A stretch of 64,000 nucleotides of DNA from Callorhinchus milii (GCF_018977255.1 NW_024704742.1:17300001-17364000), one strand, 5' to 3'; positions 39,061-53,293 are shown, counted from the first letter of the stretch. Translations and numbers: made by a program. Notes: generated from the letters alone by a model not told the origin.

Positions 39061-40734
39061 TCCAATGTTCCTATGAAAGCCCCACATCTTCCACTCTGTG
39101 CCACTCTGTGCAATGTCAGAACTAAGTGCTCCTAATGGACTGCAGGTCTGAAACATGGGTGTCGATTCTAGTTACTGAACACAAAACATACATTAACAAG
39201 CGCTCTTAAAATTGCATCATTGCCCACTGAAAAGATAATCATTGCTATTCACAAATGCATTGATTACCCCAACACATATGCAAATAATGTTGCCATTAAA
39301 TTTTAAATCAGCTGATTGTTCTTTACTGATGTACTTCTCAAATGTCACACAGATATATAGTAACATTCAACCTGGAGTACAGCCAGGCCAAAACAGCCTA
39401 TCTGCTGCAACTTTAACCATCTGTTTGGTGGGCAGAGTATACTGATGGGATTTTGAAAAAAAATTCATCAGCCCAAGATATGCTGATCACAAAAAGGACA
39501 TGAGCCTGGATTCTTATGAAAATACTTCAAATGGAAAACCATCTGTAAAAAACGAAAGTTACTACCCTGATTATTGTTTGGAATAGTACCTGAAAATTTT
39601 GCATTTTGCATCATACATTTAATAGGCCACATATATCTATGAGCACAAAATACATCAGCCTCTCTAAAAACAAACAATATGCCCTTGCAACACTGCACCA
39701 ACATACTGCACTGATTACAGTATGCTGTGTATCAGAAGCTCAGATCTTTTATGGAAAAGTAACAAGTTGGATGATTTACATGCTAACGTAGATACCCAAG
39801 AGAAGCTACAAAGCAGTAACAACAATTTGCACTTACATGGTAGCCATTTTCCTAAAGGGAGAACATCTTAAAGCACTTTACAAAGACTGAATGGGAGCCA
39901 GAGCTAGGAGGAAAAGAAAAGGGTTGGGTGGGGGAGAAGGAGGAAAAGGAGGAGGCAGCTGATGGCACAGTCAGAGATAGATCATTAAATGGGTTTGGAA
40001 AGCAGAGAGGGAGTGGGCGAGGTGTAGGGAATGCAGTGTAATTCTGTGCGTTCTGTCTTGCTGACATCCGGCGACATCAACGCTGACACACTAAGGATTG
40101 CGATGAAATCCTGGAAGTTCATTAAGAAACACTATACTGTTATAATAATAATCTCAGTATTTGATATTGTGACTCCCACAATATCAAATATTCGTGAGGA
40201 TGTCTTAAAGTCCTTCATAGGATATACCGTAAAGCAGAGTGTCTATATATTTTGTAGGGAACTCGGTTAGTTGGTTTACTTGAAAATTCGATGGCAGATG
40301 GAATAATAGTATTTTTAATTCTTGTATTTGATATTGTCCCTTTCACATCAACAGGTCATATCAAAGCTCTTCATAAGATTTACTGTAACGTGAAGTGACT
40401 GTGTATTTTGCAGGATATCGCTTATGTATCACAATACACTTGGCCATCGGGGCTAATATTTAATATAGCACAGGATGCCATATCTAACAACCCGCTGAAC
40501 ATTAATGCTCTAAAATCACGAAGCTCATACATAGCTCAGTGCCGATGATTTTAAACATTGAGGTGTGATCAGGCTCATTGACCTGCTGATACATTTTTTC
40601 ATTGTTCGGTATTGCGTACCATGTTTTTAAGGCATCAATGATCGATTTAGTCTTACATCATTGGTGTCAGATTTGCTGGAGATAGCATTTAGGCAAACCT
40701 CAATTATTTCTCACTAGAAGTTCGAAAAAAATCT

Positions 40735-42756
40735 CCTCCCACCTCGCTCTTGGCTGCCTTGGAGTCATCTAAACTCCTTCCCCTTTGGGCTTCCTCCACA
40801 ATGACCTATCCTCCTCGGTCACTCTTCTCTACAGCTCTCTCTCCTCCACTCTTGATTCCCTTGCTCCTCTAACTTCCCAAACCATCTCCTACTCAGGTAA
40901 GTCACCATGATTCAGCAGCCACCTCTGCTCCCTTAAAGCACGTATGCTTACCGCTGAACACACTTGACTTAAATCGAACCTAACCCTCCATCAGCAGATC
41001 TGACTGGATGTTATCAAATCCTATGGCTCCGCCCTCGCCTTCGCGAAATCGTTGTTCTACTCCAAGACAATCTTGGAGACCAAGGACAACCCCGGGTTAC
41101 TCTTCTCCATCACCAACCGACTCCTACGCCCACACTCACACACCTCACCCATCCTCGCCTCCAATGCCAACTGCGAGGCGATGCTGGAATTCTTCATCTC
41201 CTTGCCCCTCTACTCAGAGACATCATAAACCTCTCCCTGTCCACTGTCACTGTTCCCACCCCATTAAAAATGGTCATCATCACTCCTATCCTTAAAAAAC
41301 CCTCCCTGCACTCATCACTGCTCTCAAAATACTGCCCCATTTTTAACCTCCCTTTCCCTTCCAAGGTCCTGGAATGAGTTGTTGCTTCCCAGCTTCGCTC
41401 ATCCTCTCCCGCCACTCCTTTTACGAACCCCTCCAATCGGATTTTTGTGTCGCCCACAGCACAGAAACAGCCCTGGTCAAAGTGACAAATGACATTCTGT
41501 CCATCTGCGACCGGGGCTCCCTCTGCCTCCTCGATCTCTCTGCTGCCTTCGACACCGTCGACCACTCTATCCTCATCCACCGCCTCTCCTCATCTCAACC
41601 CTCACGGCTCTGTCCTTGACTGGTTCAGATGGTATTTATCACACCTCCTCCACTTCATCTCCACAAAGTTTCTCTTCTAACCCCCACACCATCTCATGCG
41701 GGATTCCTCAAGGCTCTGTCCTTGGTTTTTAATACCTATCTGCTCCCTCTTGGTGACATCATCTGCAGACATGGAGTCAACTTCCACATGTATGCGTATG
41801 ACACCCAACTCTGCCTCTCTGCCTCCACCCTTAACTCCAGGATCACTGCTGTCCTGACAGAATGTCTGCCAGACATCAAGTCCTGGATGAGAGCTAATTT
41901 TCTTCAGTTGAACATCAACAAGGCTGAGGCTCTCGATTGGCTCCCGTCAGCGCCTCCACACCTCAGGCACTGACAGCATCACCGTCCATGGTTACACACT
42001 CCATCTCGCTATGCCAGTCCGGAACCTTGGGGTCTTGTTTGACCTCAACTATCCTTTCTACCCCACATCCTTGCCATGACCCACTCTGCCTTCCCCCCAC
42101 CTCCACAACATTGTTTGGCTCAGCCACTGTCTCACATCACAGGCCACCGAAACCCTCATAGACGCATTCATAACATCTAGGGTCAACTATGCAAACTCCT
42201 TGCTTTTCGGCCTCCCCAACTCCACCCTCCATAGGCTGCATATCATCCAGAACTCTTCAGCCCGTGTCCTCTCCCACACCAGGCTCCGCGACCCTAACTT
42301 GCCCAACTCCACTGGTTTCCCATCACACAGAGGATACAGTTCAAGATCCGGGTCCTCACTTTCAAAGCCGTCCATGGTCTTGCTCACCATTACCTCTGCG
42401 ACCTCCTAACCCTCTACCATCCTGCCCGCTCCCTCCGCTCAGCGGGCTCTGGCCTGCTTCACGTTCCCCGCCTTGCCCGCCCCACCATTAGCAGGCAGGT
42501 CATCTGCAACTCTGCCCCCACCGTCTGGAACACCATCCCGCAGTTCCTCCACCTCGCCCTCTCCCTTGTCTCCTTCAGTACCCAGCTCAAGACCCTCCTC
42601 TCTGACCGTACTTTCTATCATACTGCTTCATCTCCTGCCCTCCACCCTCCCCAATCCCGACCCCAAGCTCGGGTCCTAAACACTGACTGTCCAGCACCTT
42701 GGGACGTTCTCTCGATACGAAAGGGGCTACACAAATGTAATGTTGTTGTTGTTGTT
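40735..42756 (+). mobile_element. L2 LINE fragment, about 2 kb, degenerate
   Basis: [39 protein letters not shown]; (TTG)n tail. Confidence 0.92.
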
Positions 42757-44527
42757 GAGTATTCCCCTCCCACTTTTCCTTTTCAGAGGGCATAAACCCA
42801 TGCTGGAATGCAGTTCCACTGTCCCCGACTCCTCTCTGCTACCTTGGCCAAGTCACCACTTCAGACACAAGTCTAGACAGCAACTAGTAACAGCCATGAG
42901 AGCCGAGGCAGGCATCCAGACTCTGTATCAAGCGGCATCTATCTGAACACTGATCAAGAATAGGAAACCTAGCTAGTTATTTTTCCATCCCTTGCCTGGG
43001 GCCTTTTAAAGATAGCTAACACAGCACAAGCCAGATAGTGAACCAGGTTCATGTACTTACGGCTCACCAGCACACATAGCAACCACATGGAGAGGCCAAT
43101 TTTGTTCTTTTTACATGTCTCGCCTCCCCCTAAACAATTTGCGTTTGTTGAGTGCCTTTTTCTCAATATAGGATAAACCTCTCCAGTGCTTCACAGTTCA
43201 AGAATAGTTTGAGATATTCCCTACTAGAAGATCTGTTACATGTAAAACTGGGTTTTAGAATTTATTTCTACTACATCCACAATCACTGGAGAAAAGATCC
43301 TCCACTACATAGACATTTGCTTTTCCAAACTTGTGTTACATTTTCTCTTTATGACACGGGAGTGCAGTACTGGTGGTAACATATCTTCACTGGTGGCACT
43401 TTAGCTGAGGGACATTAGAGTAGTTTGTCATGTATTTTCACCAATACCCCTTGTATTGGAATGAAAATCAATCCTTATAAAAAAGTCATCTGATTTTCAT
43501 TGTAAGAAAAATCACAGATTTTATTTGGTGCGCGATGATGTGTGCTCGCATATCCCGAAGCTCAATTCGCCACATTGCCAATTTCTGGGAATTCCAGGGC
43601 AATGCAAGCTGAGTACAGGTGAACAGCTTCCGGGAATGTGCATTCATCACATTAAATCTGCATTTCCCTGAACCAGTGCGTCAGGTGTTAGGATGTGGTC
43701 GTCACATTGCATTGCCTTTTCTTTCTTGGTATGAAAAACATCAGATTTGTTGCCTTGATCTGTGATTTTTTTTAATGGAGTTAAGATTATGTTGGTACGT
43801 GGCTTGATTTGAGGTTTTTATTTGAGGAATGTAATATGTACAGTATAATTATTTTCTAAATTTCTCCCCATCAGCAGACGTCTCTGCTCCTAATGCCCTG
43901 GGTCCTCAAGCTGGGGTGTGGTTCCACACCCAGGAGTTATTTTCCCTCCAGTTCCCTGCCTAAATGGCCATTATTCACATAAAGTATGGCAGTGAGTATC
44001 AGCAGAGCTCTGTCTTTTGAAAGAAAAACTCCCCCTCCCCAAAATACCTGGGTTTTATTTGGGGAATAAAACCTTGCTGTATTGGTCCTTAAATATAGTG
44101 ATAAGAGCACAGACTATTGACCAACTGATCCAGGTACACTGGTCTGAGTGAAGCATAATTTTGTCCACAAAATACAATCAAAAACCATTTTACAGTAAAT
44201 CGTGTGAAGCACGTTGAGACGTCTTGACAACATGATAAGGTGCTGTATCAAATGCAAGGATTAATAATAATTCTTGCATTTGGTATAGCACCTTATCATG
44301 TTGTTGAGACGTCTCAAAGCGCTTCACAGAATACATTGTCAAGCAAATTGACTGTATATGTTATGGGCGAAAGGCGGCAGCCAGACACAAACAGCAGTGG
44401 ATTGCGTGACCAAATTTACTCCTGGAAAATGATCCCCCCTACTACTGCTAGGTAGAGTCATGTGTGCGTGTGTAGTATTTATTATCATAATAGTAGCAAT
44501 CCATAAGCTAATACCGCTTATATGAAG

Positions 44528-44672
44528 TGAGTCGTGTAGCTCAGTGGTTAGAGCACTCGCCTTGCAAGCGAGACACCTGGGTTCAATTCCAGGCAGGGCA
44601 AAACCTTGGGCAAGTTTCCTTATTCCACACGGCTAATAATAATCCCTCCAAAACAATAATAAATTGGTTATC
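44528..44672 (+). mobile_element. SINE family A, 5' half only
   Basis: tRNA head and body, no tail. Confidence 0.85.
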
Positions 44673-45063
44673 TTCTGTATTTTGGGCCTGACATTTATCA
44701 TAAACCTCCTCTTTCTGTTTTAATTTAATCCCAATTTCCTTAATTGTCCAAGATTGTATTTTCTGAACAACACACACACAGACACACACACATAATTTTC
44801 CAGGGTTACAGGGCTTTGGTCACAGGAAAGTCATATTTTTATCTCTCAGAATGAAAATGTATACACTGTATTTTGAAGCACCTCACCATGTCACAGCACT
44901 TCACGGCTAATAATAAAGTGTGACTGTTTTAGTTGAAAAACACAGGAACCCAATAAACAGCTATGGATTGATTGATCAATTAATCTGAGAATTTGTTGAC
45001 TGAAACATCAAGAGTAATAGTGCCACATGACCCTTAAACATCCACCTGAACAAACAGACAGAT

Positions 45064-45381
45064 GTGGAGGTCCTGTAGCTCAGTGGTTAGAGCACTCGCT
45101 TTGCAAGCGAGAGACCTGGGTTCAAATCCAGGCAGGGCGACACCTTGGGCAAGTTTCCTTACTCCACACGCCTAATAATAATCCCTCCAAAACAAAACAA
45201 TAATAAATTGTTCACTCAATCCACAACTGTTTGTGGGACACTACTGTGCGCAATTGGCTGCCGTGTTTTGCCCACAAATATACGGTCAATTCACTTTACA
45301 GTCTATTCTGTGAAGCGCTATGAGATGTCGAGAAGACGTGAAAAAGCACGATATCAAATGCAGGGATTATTATTATTATTA
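45064..45381 (+). mobile_element. SINE family A
   Basis: Full tRNA head to (ATT)n tail. Confidence 0.92.
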
Positions 45382-46719
45382 TATGCAATCAACTAAGCTT
45401 TTTTTCTCTCTGGTTGAAAAACCTCAAAGTTGAAGCAAGAGACTGCAATGATTTCTCAGAACTATCCTCAATACCAAGCATACCATCCGAATCTTATTCC
45501 TGGGTTAGTGACCTGGAACAATGCACGGATTCCCCACATGCACTGTGTCACGTTCTGGCTCATGGGGTCTGAGGAGATTAATGCAGTAACTGAATTCATA
45601 GTTTGATGGAAAGGGAGGGGCAATGAATGACAACCTAATGGATACATATGTCCCAGCTACCTCTATCCCTTTCAAATTTACAACAACAAAAATGTGATCA
45701 CTCAATCCATGACTGTTTGTGGAACATCGCTGTATGCAATTGGCTGCCGCGAATTGGGAAGTGAATTGAGACGTCTTGAAGACGTGACAAGGCGCTATAT
45801 CAAATGCAAGGATTATTATTGTCATTATTTTTAATAACAAATATTTCCTATTCATAGAACTCCTCCGTCCTTTTGTTTCACTGCCTCTGTAATTTTTTTT
45901 AAAAAAACTTTGCTACATTTGAGACTGAACAAAAAGAATTTGTATTTATGTGATGCAGCACCTACACCTCAAAACATCTCAAAACACTTCCCAGGTAATT
46001 ACTGTCAAGTGTGGTGACTGTTTCTGTAGGCAGCAAAACAAAACTTACCATTTTAGTAAGATTTCCCAGAATGAAGGGGAAAAATATGTTCATGACTATT
46101 GTGAATGCCTGGGACGTCCTCCCGACATGAAAGGCACTATACTAATGTAACTTTGTATTTTATTGTGAAAAGGCCACAGTCTCGCTGCCAAAACATCGGA
46201 TGTGCAGAACTCCACTGAGCTACTTGACATGAGGTGCCTTTTGGTTTAGAGGATTCTGAAAACGGGGACAGATTGCTACAGTGGATATAGATACATGGAA
46301 AGTAAGTGGTATGAAGAAAAGATGGGCAATGAAATTGAGAAGTGTGACATAATGTAACAGAACTAATAAGATGAATGGCCTGTGTGTTCCTATTGGTTCA
46401 CTCACTCCATGGGACACTGCTGTCCCATAGAGTGGCAGTCTGGCTGCCACATTTTGCCAATAAAATACAATCAATCCACTTTACAGTGTATCCTGTGAAT
46501 CGCTTTAGATGTCTCCAAGAGGTGTTAAGGTGCTATATCAAAGGCAAAGATTATTATTATTTACCATTCACAGCAGCTAGTTGCGTTTGATATGAAGACA
46601 AAGGCGATACTTCCCAAACATTGTCTGTACATTAAGTCCCTGTAATCTTTCAGTGATGACAAAGTTAGCAGTAGCAAAGAGATAGAAAATGGGGGAATGG
46701 GCCTGTTCACAATGAGAAT

Positions 46720-47350
46720 AAGCTCACTCCACAGATGAGACTAAGTCATACAGACTAGGAAAGTCCCAGGTTGCATTTCTGATTTGTGTTGTGTTAGCTG
46801 ATCCAGGGCAGCAGTTGAGGCTCCCCCAGCCTAGTAAGGGAAAACAGTTAGCCAGAGTTGCCTACTCCTGATTGTAGTTCCTATGCAACTCATGAAAGCA
46901 CTGCTCAACTCCACTCACTCACTCACTCACTCATCATTGCTTACTTACGACAACACTGCTCAACTCCACTCACACTGCTTCTTATCTACCTTTTCATTTT
47001 TTTTAAAAAAAAGCAAATTATTTGGGCTCTGCCACAATGTTTTCTCCTTTTGCAGAGTTACCTGGTATCTGGCCCAGCAATTAAGCTGCCTATGGTGAAT
47101 TCCCAGATAAAGACCCTGACTGCTTGGTGTGGAGCTAAGTCATATCAAGGTTTCGGGTTCTTTTCTCAGTCTGTGCTGAACAAGCAAATTTCAAATGGGA
47201 GTGATAATTGACCCTAGTGACCTTGTACAAGGAGAGAGAAAGAAAAATCAAACAGTCCTCCAAATTACAATCCTATGATTCCTGATGGAAAGTGCATGTT
47301 TGAATGTTAGGCGAAAATAGGTCAGGATTTGGCTGATTTGGCGAAAACAT
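46720..47350 (+). mobile_element. Two copies of a third, older SINE-like family; others near 4010-4170, 14370-14600, 28270-28510(-), 43860-44010(-), 57630-57900, 59845-60050
   Basis: Recurrent diverged motifs such as TCTGTGCTG..TTAGCTGATC, AAAATCAGCCA and GATTGCTAT.CAGTGA.CCCTG. Confidence 0.6.
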
Positions 47351-50300
47351 CCTCCATTTTCAAGGATATTATAATTGCATTGATGTGATTGGTAATACTC
47401 TTGGCTCTAAGTCAGAAGATCATGGTTTCGCCCAAGTAGGGTCTTTAAACTCATATGGATTGACACTCCAAAGCAATGCTGGGGGGTGTACTACATTGTC
47501 AGAGGTGTAATGGCTTGAATGACATGTTAACCAAGATCCCATCTGCTTGTTGGATAGATCTTAAAGATCCCATGGCATTTTTAAAAAGAGAAGGGAGTTT
47601 CTCCCAGCGTCCTGGCTAATCATCCTCCAGATAGAATTGGGTCGTTCAATTGATGGCTGTTTGTGGGACATTGCTGTATGCAAATTGACTGCCAAGGTTG
47701 CCACCAAAAAAACAGGCACTACACTTTACAGTAAAATTTGTTCAGTGCTTCATGATAACCTCCTGACATGAAATGTAATATATCAAATGCAAGAAGTATT
47801 ATTAGAGTATAGCTCACTAATGATTATGTCCAAAAGTTGTAGTGCTCACATTACTGTGTAGCTCAAACCTTACAGCATGATCATGTACAACAGCTTGGTG
47901 GAAGCAATAAGAAGAATGACAAACAGTGTTACCCCAACCCAACAAAAGGAAGAAACATTGTTTAAATGAATCAGCAATCCAACAGGATACTTTTAAAATC
48001 CTGACAGTGAACAGGTCACTTATAAAAATACAATATGTAAACAAATCCCTTCAAGTTCTAGTGTGGATCCATTCAAGAGGAATCTAGACTTTCACATAAG
48101 GGAAAGGACAACAGAAGGATATGGGAGGGAGTAAGGAGTGGGTAGAGACTCATGTGGAGTTTGAGCAATGGCTCAGATTGTTTGGGCCGAGTGGCCTGTT
48201 TCCATGCTGTACAATCTTTGTAAATTCCCACCTCTATCCGTACTCCAACTTTTATTGCCAAAATTACAGTAGCCTTGCTCCATATACAAACTGATTTTTT
48301 TAATATTCTAGGCTGAATACACAACATACTGATTGGTATGATAACAGCTTGATCAGTATAGCGCCCTTCACACGGGGTAGTTTCCCGGAGCGCTTGGAAT
48401 AATCCATTAAGAATGGGCAGCAACATTATAAATGATAATAAAATCAAATTCATGGATTTGCTTAAATTTTCAAACTTAATTATAATAAGGGGCTTATTAC
48501 TCATTTGAATATTAAAGTCTAATTACTCTTAAGAAACAAAACTGCTGAAACCCCTTCATGAAAAACAAACCAGCTCGTCCCATGCAGCAACACAGGTATG
48601 AACACGGTATATGAAGTAACCCCCATTACATGATGCAAATTCCGGTGTTGAACAAAGATTAAACTCAAGGATGGAGGGAAATTCTATACAGAACTGGGAA
48701 AATACAAGGTTTGTGACATTTTCAAACTTTGTCCACTTGAACTGTGAAGCAGGATACCCACGGTTATGACAGTATGGTCGATTTTGTCATTTCAAACGTG
48801 GGTTTTGGTTAATGAAAGCATTTGAAGCTACACAATAGTACAATTAAGTCTCAATAGTTACATATCTATCAATGGTGGTGGTGGAATTCGACACAATCTG
48901 AGGCAATCAATTACAAGCAAATTAAGAAGGATGTTGGCACGAACAAAGCAACACGGGCTGTTGTGATATTTTCTTTCCTCGTAGCATACTGGTACCAGTT
49001 TGCGCAGTGACACAATGATGCCATTCACAGCAGTTTACAACGGTAAACGTGATATGCATGTGATATTTTACACTGTAAATTGGGATTTTAGCAAATTGAA
49101 AAATTGCAATTAACACAACGATTCCATTTGTAACTATCACAAATTAGACCCGTCGTCTCTATAGACGAAGCTTTGGGAATGTTGCCATATTTAAAATAAT
49201 GATCTTTTGTTAAATATTGTATGTTAAATGTCTTCAGCCACTACACCCCGAAGCTATGGAATTCCCTCCCTCAATCCCTTCGCCTTGCCCCTTCTTTCCC
49301 CATTTTCAGATTGTGCCTGAAGACCTTCCTCTGCGACCATGCCTATGGTCACCTTCCTCCTCCCCCCGGCTCAGCATTGAGCTCCACCATTGTTAAGAGC
49401 CGTAGGACACCGCCCAGCATGAATGGCGCTATATAAATTCAAGTTGTTTTTGTATGTGGGGAGGAGGGGAAGATGGGAGAAAAGAGAGAACAGAAAGTTG
49501 CACTTCGTATGTGGAAGCTGGAACTCATTAAGTTTTGATATTTTATTATATCCATTCCTCAACATCGCTCTTAATAACTTAACAGGTGCATTCCTGCCCT
49601 CTCCCCCAATACCAAAAGCTTTCTAAAACAGTTTAAATTTCAATACAACAAATTTAAAATTGGGGTTTATTCACTGGGTGTTATTCTAACATTGAAAAAT
49701 GTTCAGATTTACACATTCTTTTTCCTTCACAATTTTTCGTCTGATTATTCTCCCTTTCCTAAAGGAACTGAGGGAAGATTCTTCACATGGAAAACTGATG
49801 GTCCCTTACCCAAATATGTATTCATCTTGGGGAGGGCACAAAAAAATTATCAGAACCTATTTCGAGTATGGTACTTAGAAGCAGGAATCATGCACAACCT
49901 TCTCACCAACAAAGGACATTGAGAATAACTGTGGCCCCTCCACCAACGATTAGGTCAGTTAACTGAGATCAGCGGCTGAATACAGGACTCTCCTAGTCTT
50001 TCTGATTTAGCACCACACCAGATAACCTACTGAATCTTTACTCGCATCCAAGTAGAGTTTTCTAGAAGAAACAGTAAATATTTGTTTGTGTTGATAAATA
50101 CAGAAGTCTCTCCTCAAATAAATACTGGATGAAGTTGTAACAAAAAAAGCAAGAGGCTGCATTCTTTCCCAAAAGGAGGGATACAAATCGTGTTTGTAAA
50201 TAAAAAGAAAAATATATGAAAATATAGGGATGGACAAACAACGCAATGATATGAATCAAAACAGGCACTGTGATTAATAACATAAGTATCTTCTTTCTCA

Positions 50301-51109
50301 ACTTAAAAGGGTTGCACCAAATACAATATGTTCGTCATAATGTGTGTCCCCTTTAAGCCAGATATTGTTTAGGACTCTACATTTAGACAGGAGACCAACA
50401 AATCTGTATCTGGGTAGGGGGGGTCCAAAGCAATACTTACTAAAATACACTTAAAAACAAGACAGCTATATTATATGTTGATACAAGACACATTCATGGA
50501 GAAACACTCCCCCAACAAAATATTGTACACACTGAACAGGGGAGATTTCCTTATCCTCTGACCTAACTAACCTCACTTACAGCCTCAAGATTCTTCAATA
50601 GTCACAATATTTCGCAAATATTCTAACAATTTGAATTGCCTTTCTCTTCAGATCACGTTTAATTTAATCCAACACTCTCCTGCCCTCTCTCTAGGGCAGC
50701 AGTGGACAACCAATGGCCCACGGGCCGGAAGTTGCCTGCAAGGCTGTCAAGCGTGGTCCTACTGAACATTCACACGAATCTTGGTGAGTGTTTTAAAACA
50801 ATGTTTTTGTTTCCAGTTTTTTGGGGTTGAATATTTCTTGATTTATGGCATAAATCAATCAACAAAATTTATTGTGTTGGGACGACCAAAAAATTTGCCC
50901 ACCACTGGTCTACGATGATCTCCTCCTTGTGGCTGGGTGTCCTCCCTGTTCCCTGGCTGAAGTCTGGCAGGTGCCGGGCTGGGCTGTCCCCTGGCTGCAC
51001 GCTGTCTGTGACGCGGGTGTCCCCGAGATGCAGTCAGTCTCTCTGTGCTGTGTGTGCGGGGAGGTGTGAGGGGGGGGGGGGGGGGGGCCTGGGTGTAATC
51101 AATCTTTCT

Positions 51110-51440
51110 GTGGAGTCCTGTAGCTCAGTGGTTAGAGCACTCGTTTTGCAAGTGAGAGACCTGAGTTCAATTCCAGGCAGAGGGCGAAACCTTGGGCAAG
51201 TTTCCTTACTCCACACAGAGCCTAATAATAATCCCTCCAAAACCCAAAAAACAATAATAAATTGGTCATTTTCAATCTACGACTGTTTGTGGGACATTGC
51301 TGTGCGCAATTGGCTGCCGCGTTCGCCCACAAATATACAGTCAATTCACTTTACAGTGTGTTCTGTGAAGCGCTTTGGGACGTCCTCTCGACGTGAAAAG
51401 CGCTATATCAAAGGCAAGGATTATTATTTTATTATATTAT
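51110..51440 (+). mobile_element. tRNA-derived SINE (family A), full length
   Basis: Box A TAGCTCAGTGG, box B-like GTTCAATTCC, L2-like 3' stem-loop, (ATT)n tail. Confidence 0.93.
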
Positions 51441-51589
51441 GTACCACACCAAATAAAGCGCACCATATTCTGTGAACCACATCATATTCTGTAAAGCACT
51501 TTGAGACGTCTCAAAGACGCGATATATCAAATACAAGGATCATTATTATTATTTGTGTATGTGAGGGGAGGGGATGGCAGGTTGCAGTC

Positions 51590-53293
51590 AATGGTGTGTG
51601 TGTGTTGATTGCTGGGTACAGACAGCGGTGTGTGTTTGCTTAATGCTGGGTGCAGAGTCAGTGTGTGTGTTGGGTGCAGACAGTGGTGTGTGTGTGTATG
51701 TGCGCTGATAACTGGGTGCAGAGTGTGTGCTGGTTACTGGGTGTAGAGTGTGTGCTGGTTACTGGGTGCAGACAGTGTGTGCTGGTTACAGGTTGCAGAG
51801 TGTGTGCTGGTTATTGGGTGCAGACGGTGTGTCCTGGTTACAGGTTGCAGAGTGGGTGCTGGTTACTGGGTGCAGTGTGTGTGCTGGTTAACGGATGCAG
51901 ACAGTGTGTGCTGGTTAGCGGGTGCAGACGGTGTGTGCTGGTTACTGGGTGCAGAGTGTGTGCTGGTTGCTGGGTGCAGAGTGTGTGCTGGTTAACAGGT
52001 GTGGACAGTGTGTGCTGGTTAGCGGGTGCAAAGTGTGTGCTGGTTAGTGGGTGCAGAGTGAATGCTGGTTAGTGGGTGCAGACAGTGTGTGCTGGTTAGT
52101 GGGTGCAGAGCGGGTGCTGGTTAGTGGGTGCAGACAGTGTGTGCTGGTTACTCGGTGCAGAGTGTGTGCTGCTTAGTGGGTGCAGACAGTGTGTGCTGGC
52201 TACTGGGTGCAGTGTGTGTGCTGGTAACTGGGTGCAGTGTGTGTGCTGGTTACTGGGTGTAGAGTGTATGCTGGTTACTGGGTGCAGACAGTGTGTGCTG
52301 GTTACAGGTTGCAGAGTGGGTGCTGGTTACTGGGTGCAGTGTGTGTGCTGGTTAACGGGTGCAGAGTGTGTGCTGGTTGCTGGGTGCAGAGTGTGTGCTG
52401 GTTAGCGGGTGCAGACTGAATGCTGGTTAGTGGATGCAGAGTGGGTGTTGGTTAGTGGGTGCAGACAGTCGGTGCTGGTTAGTGGGTGCAGACAGTCGGT
52501 GCTGGTTAGTAGGTGCAGAGAGGGTGCTGGTTACTGGGTGCAGAGCGGGTGCTGGTTAGTGGGTGCAGACGGTCTGTGCTCGTTACTGGGTGCAGATTGT
52601 GTGCTGGTTACTGGGTGCAGAGTGTGTGCTGGTAACTGGGTGCAGTGTGTGTGCTGGTTAGTGGGTGCAGAGTGTGTGCTGGTTAGTGGGTGCAGAGTGT
52701 GTGCAGCTTAGTGGGTGCAGAGTGAGTGCTGGTTAGTGGGTGCAGACAGTGGGTGCTGGTTACTGGGTGCAGAGTGGGTGCCGGTCAGTGGGTGCCGGTC
52801 AGTGGGTGCAGACAGTGGGTGCCGGTCGGTGGGTGCCGGTCGGTGGGTGCCGGTCGGTGGGTGCCGGTCGGTGGGTGCCGGTCAGTGGGTGCCGGTCGGT
52901 GGGTGCCGGTCGGTGGGTGCCGGTCGGTGGGTGCCGGTCAGTGGGTGCCGGTCAGTGGGTGCCGGTCAGTGGGTGCCGGTCAGTGGGTGCTGGTCAGTGG
53001 GTGCCGGTCAGTGGGTGCCGGTCAGTGGGTGCTGGTCAGTGGGTGCCGGTCAGTGGGTGCTGGTCAGTGGGTGCCGGTCGGTGGGTGCCGGTCGGTGGGT
53101 GCCGGTCAGTGGGTGCCGGTCAGTGGGTGCTGGTCAGTGGGTGCCGGTCGGTGGGTGCCGGTCAGTGGGTGCTGGTCAGTGGGTGCCGGTCAGTGGGTGC
53201 CGGTCAGTGGGTGCTGGTTACTGGGTGCTGGTCAGTGGGTGCTGGTCAGTGGGTGCCGGTCAGTGGGTGCTGGTCAGTGGGTGCCGGTCAGTG
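51590..53293. repeat. Compound minisatellite: 25/27-bp unit (GAGTGTGTGCTGGTTACTGGGTGCA) grading into a 14-bp unit (GTGGGTGCCGGTCA)
   Basis: Read directly; source of the long repetitive ORFs. Confidence 0.95.

Noticed and set aside
43055..43090. Alternative KLHL2 first exon (ATG TGT GCT GGT GAG CC|GTAAGT, phase 2)
   Set aside because: Phase fits, but there are no promoter features or recognisable homology; such matches are expected by chance in a 17-kb intron.
51110..51185. tRNA-like sequences with a TGC (Ala) anticodon loop, here and in other copies
   Set aside because: They continue directly into SINE body and tail and lack a proper acceptor stem and terminator; these are SINE heads, not tRNA genes.
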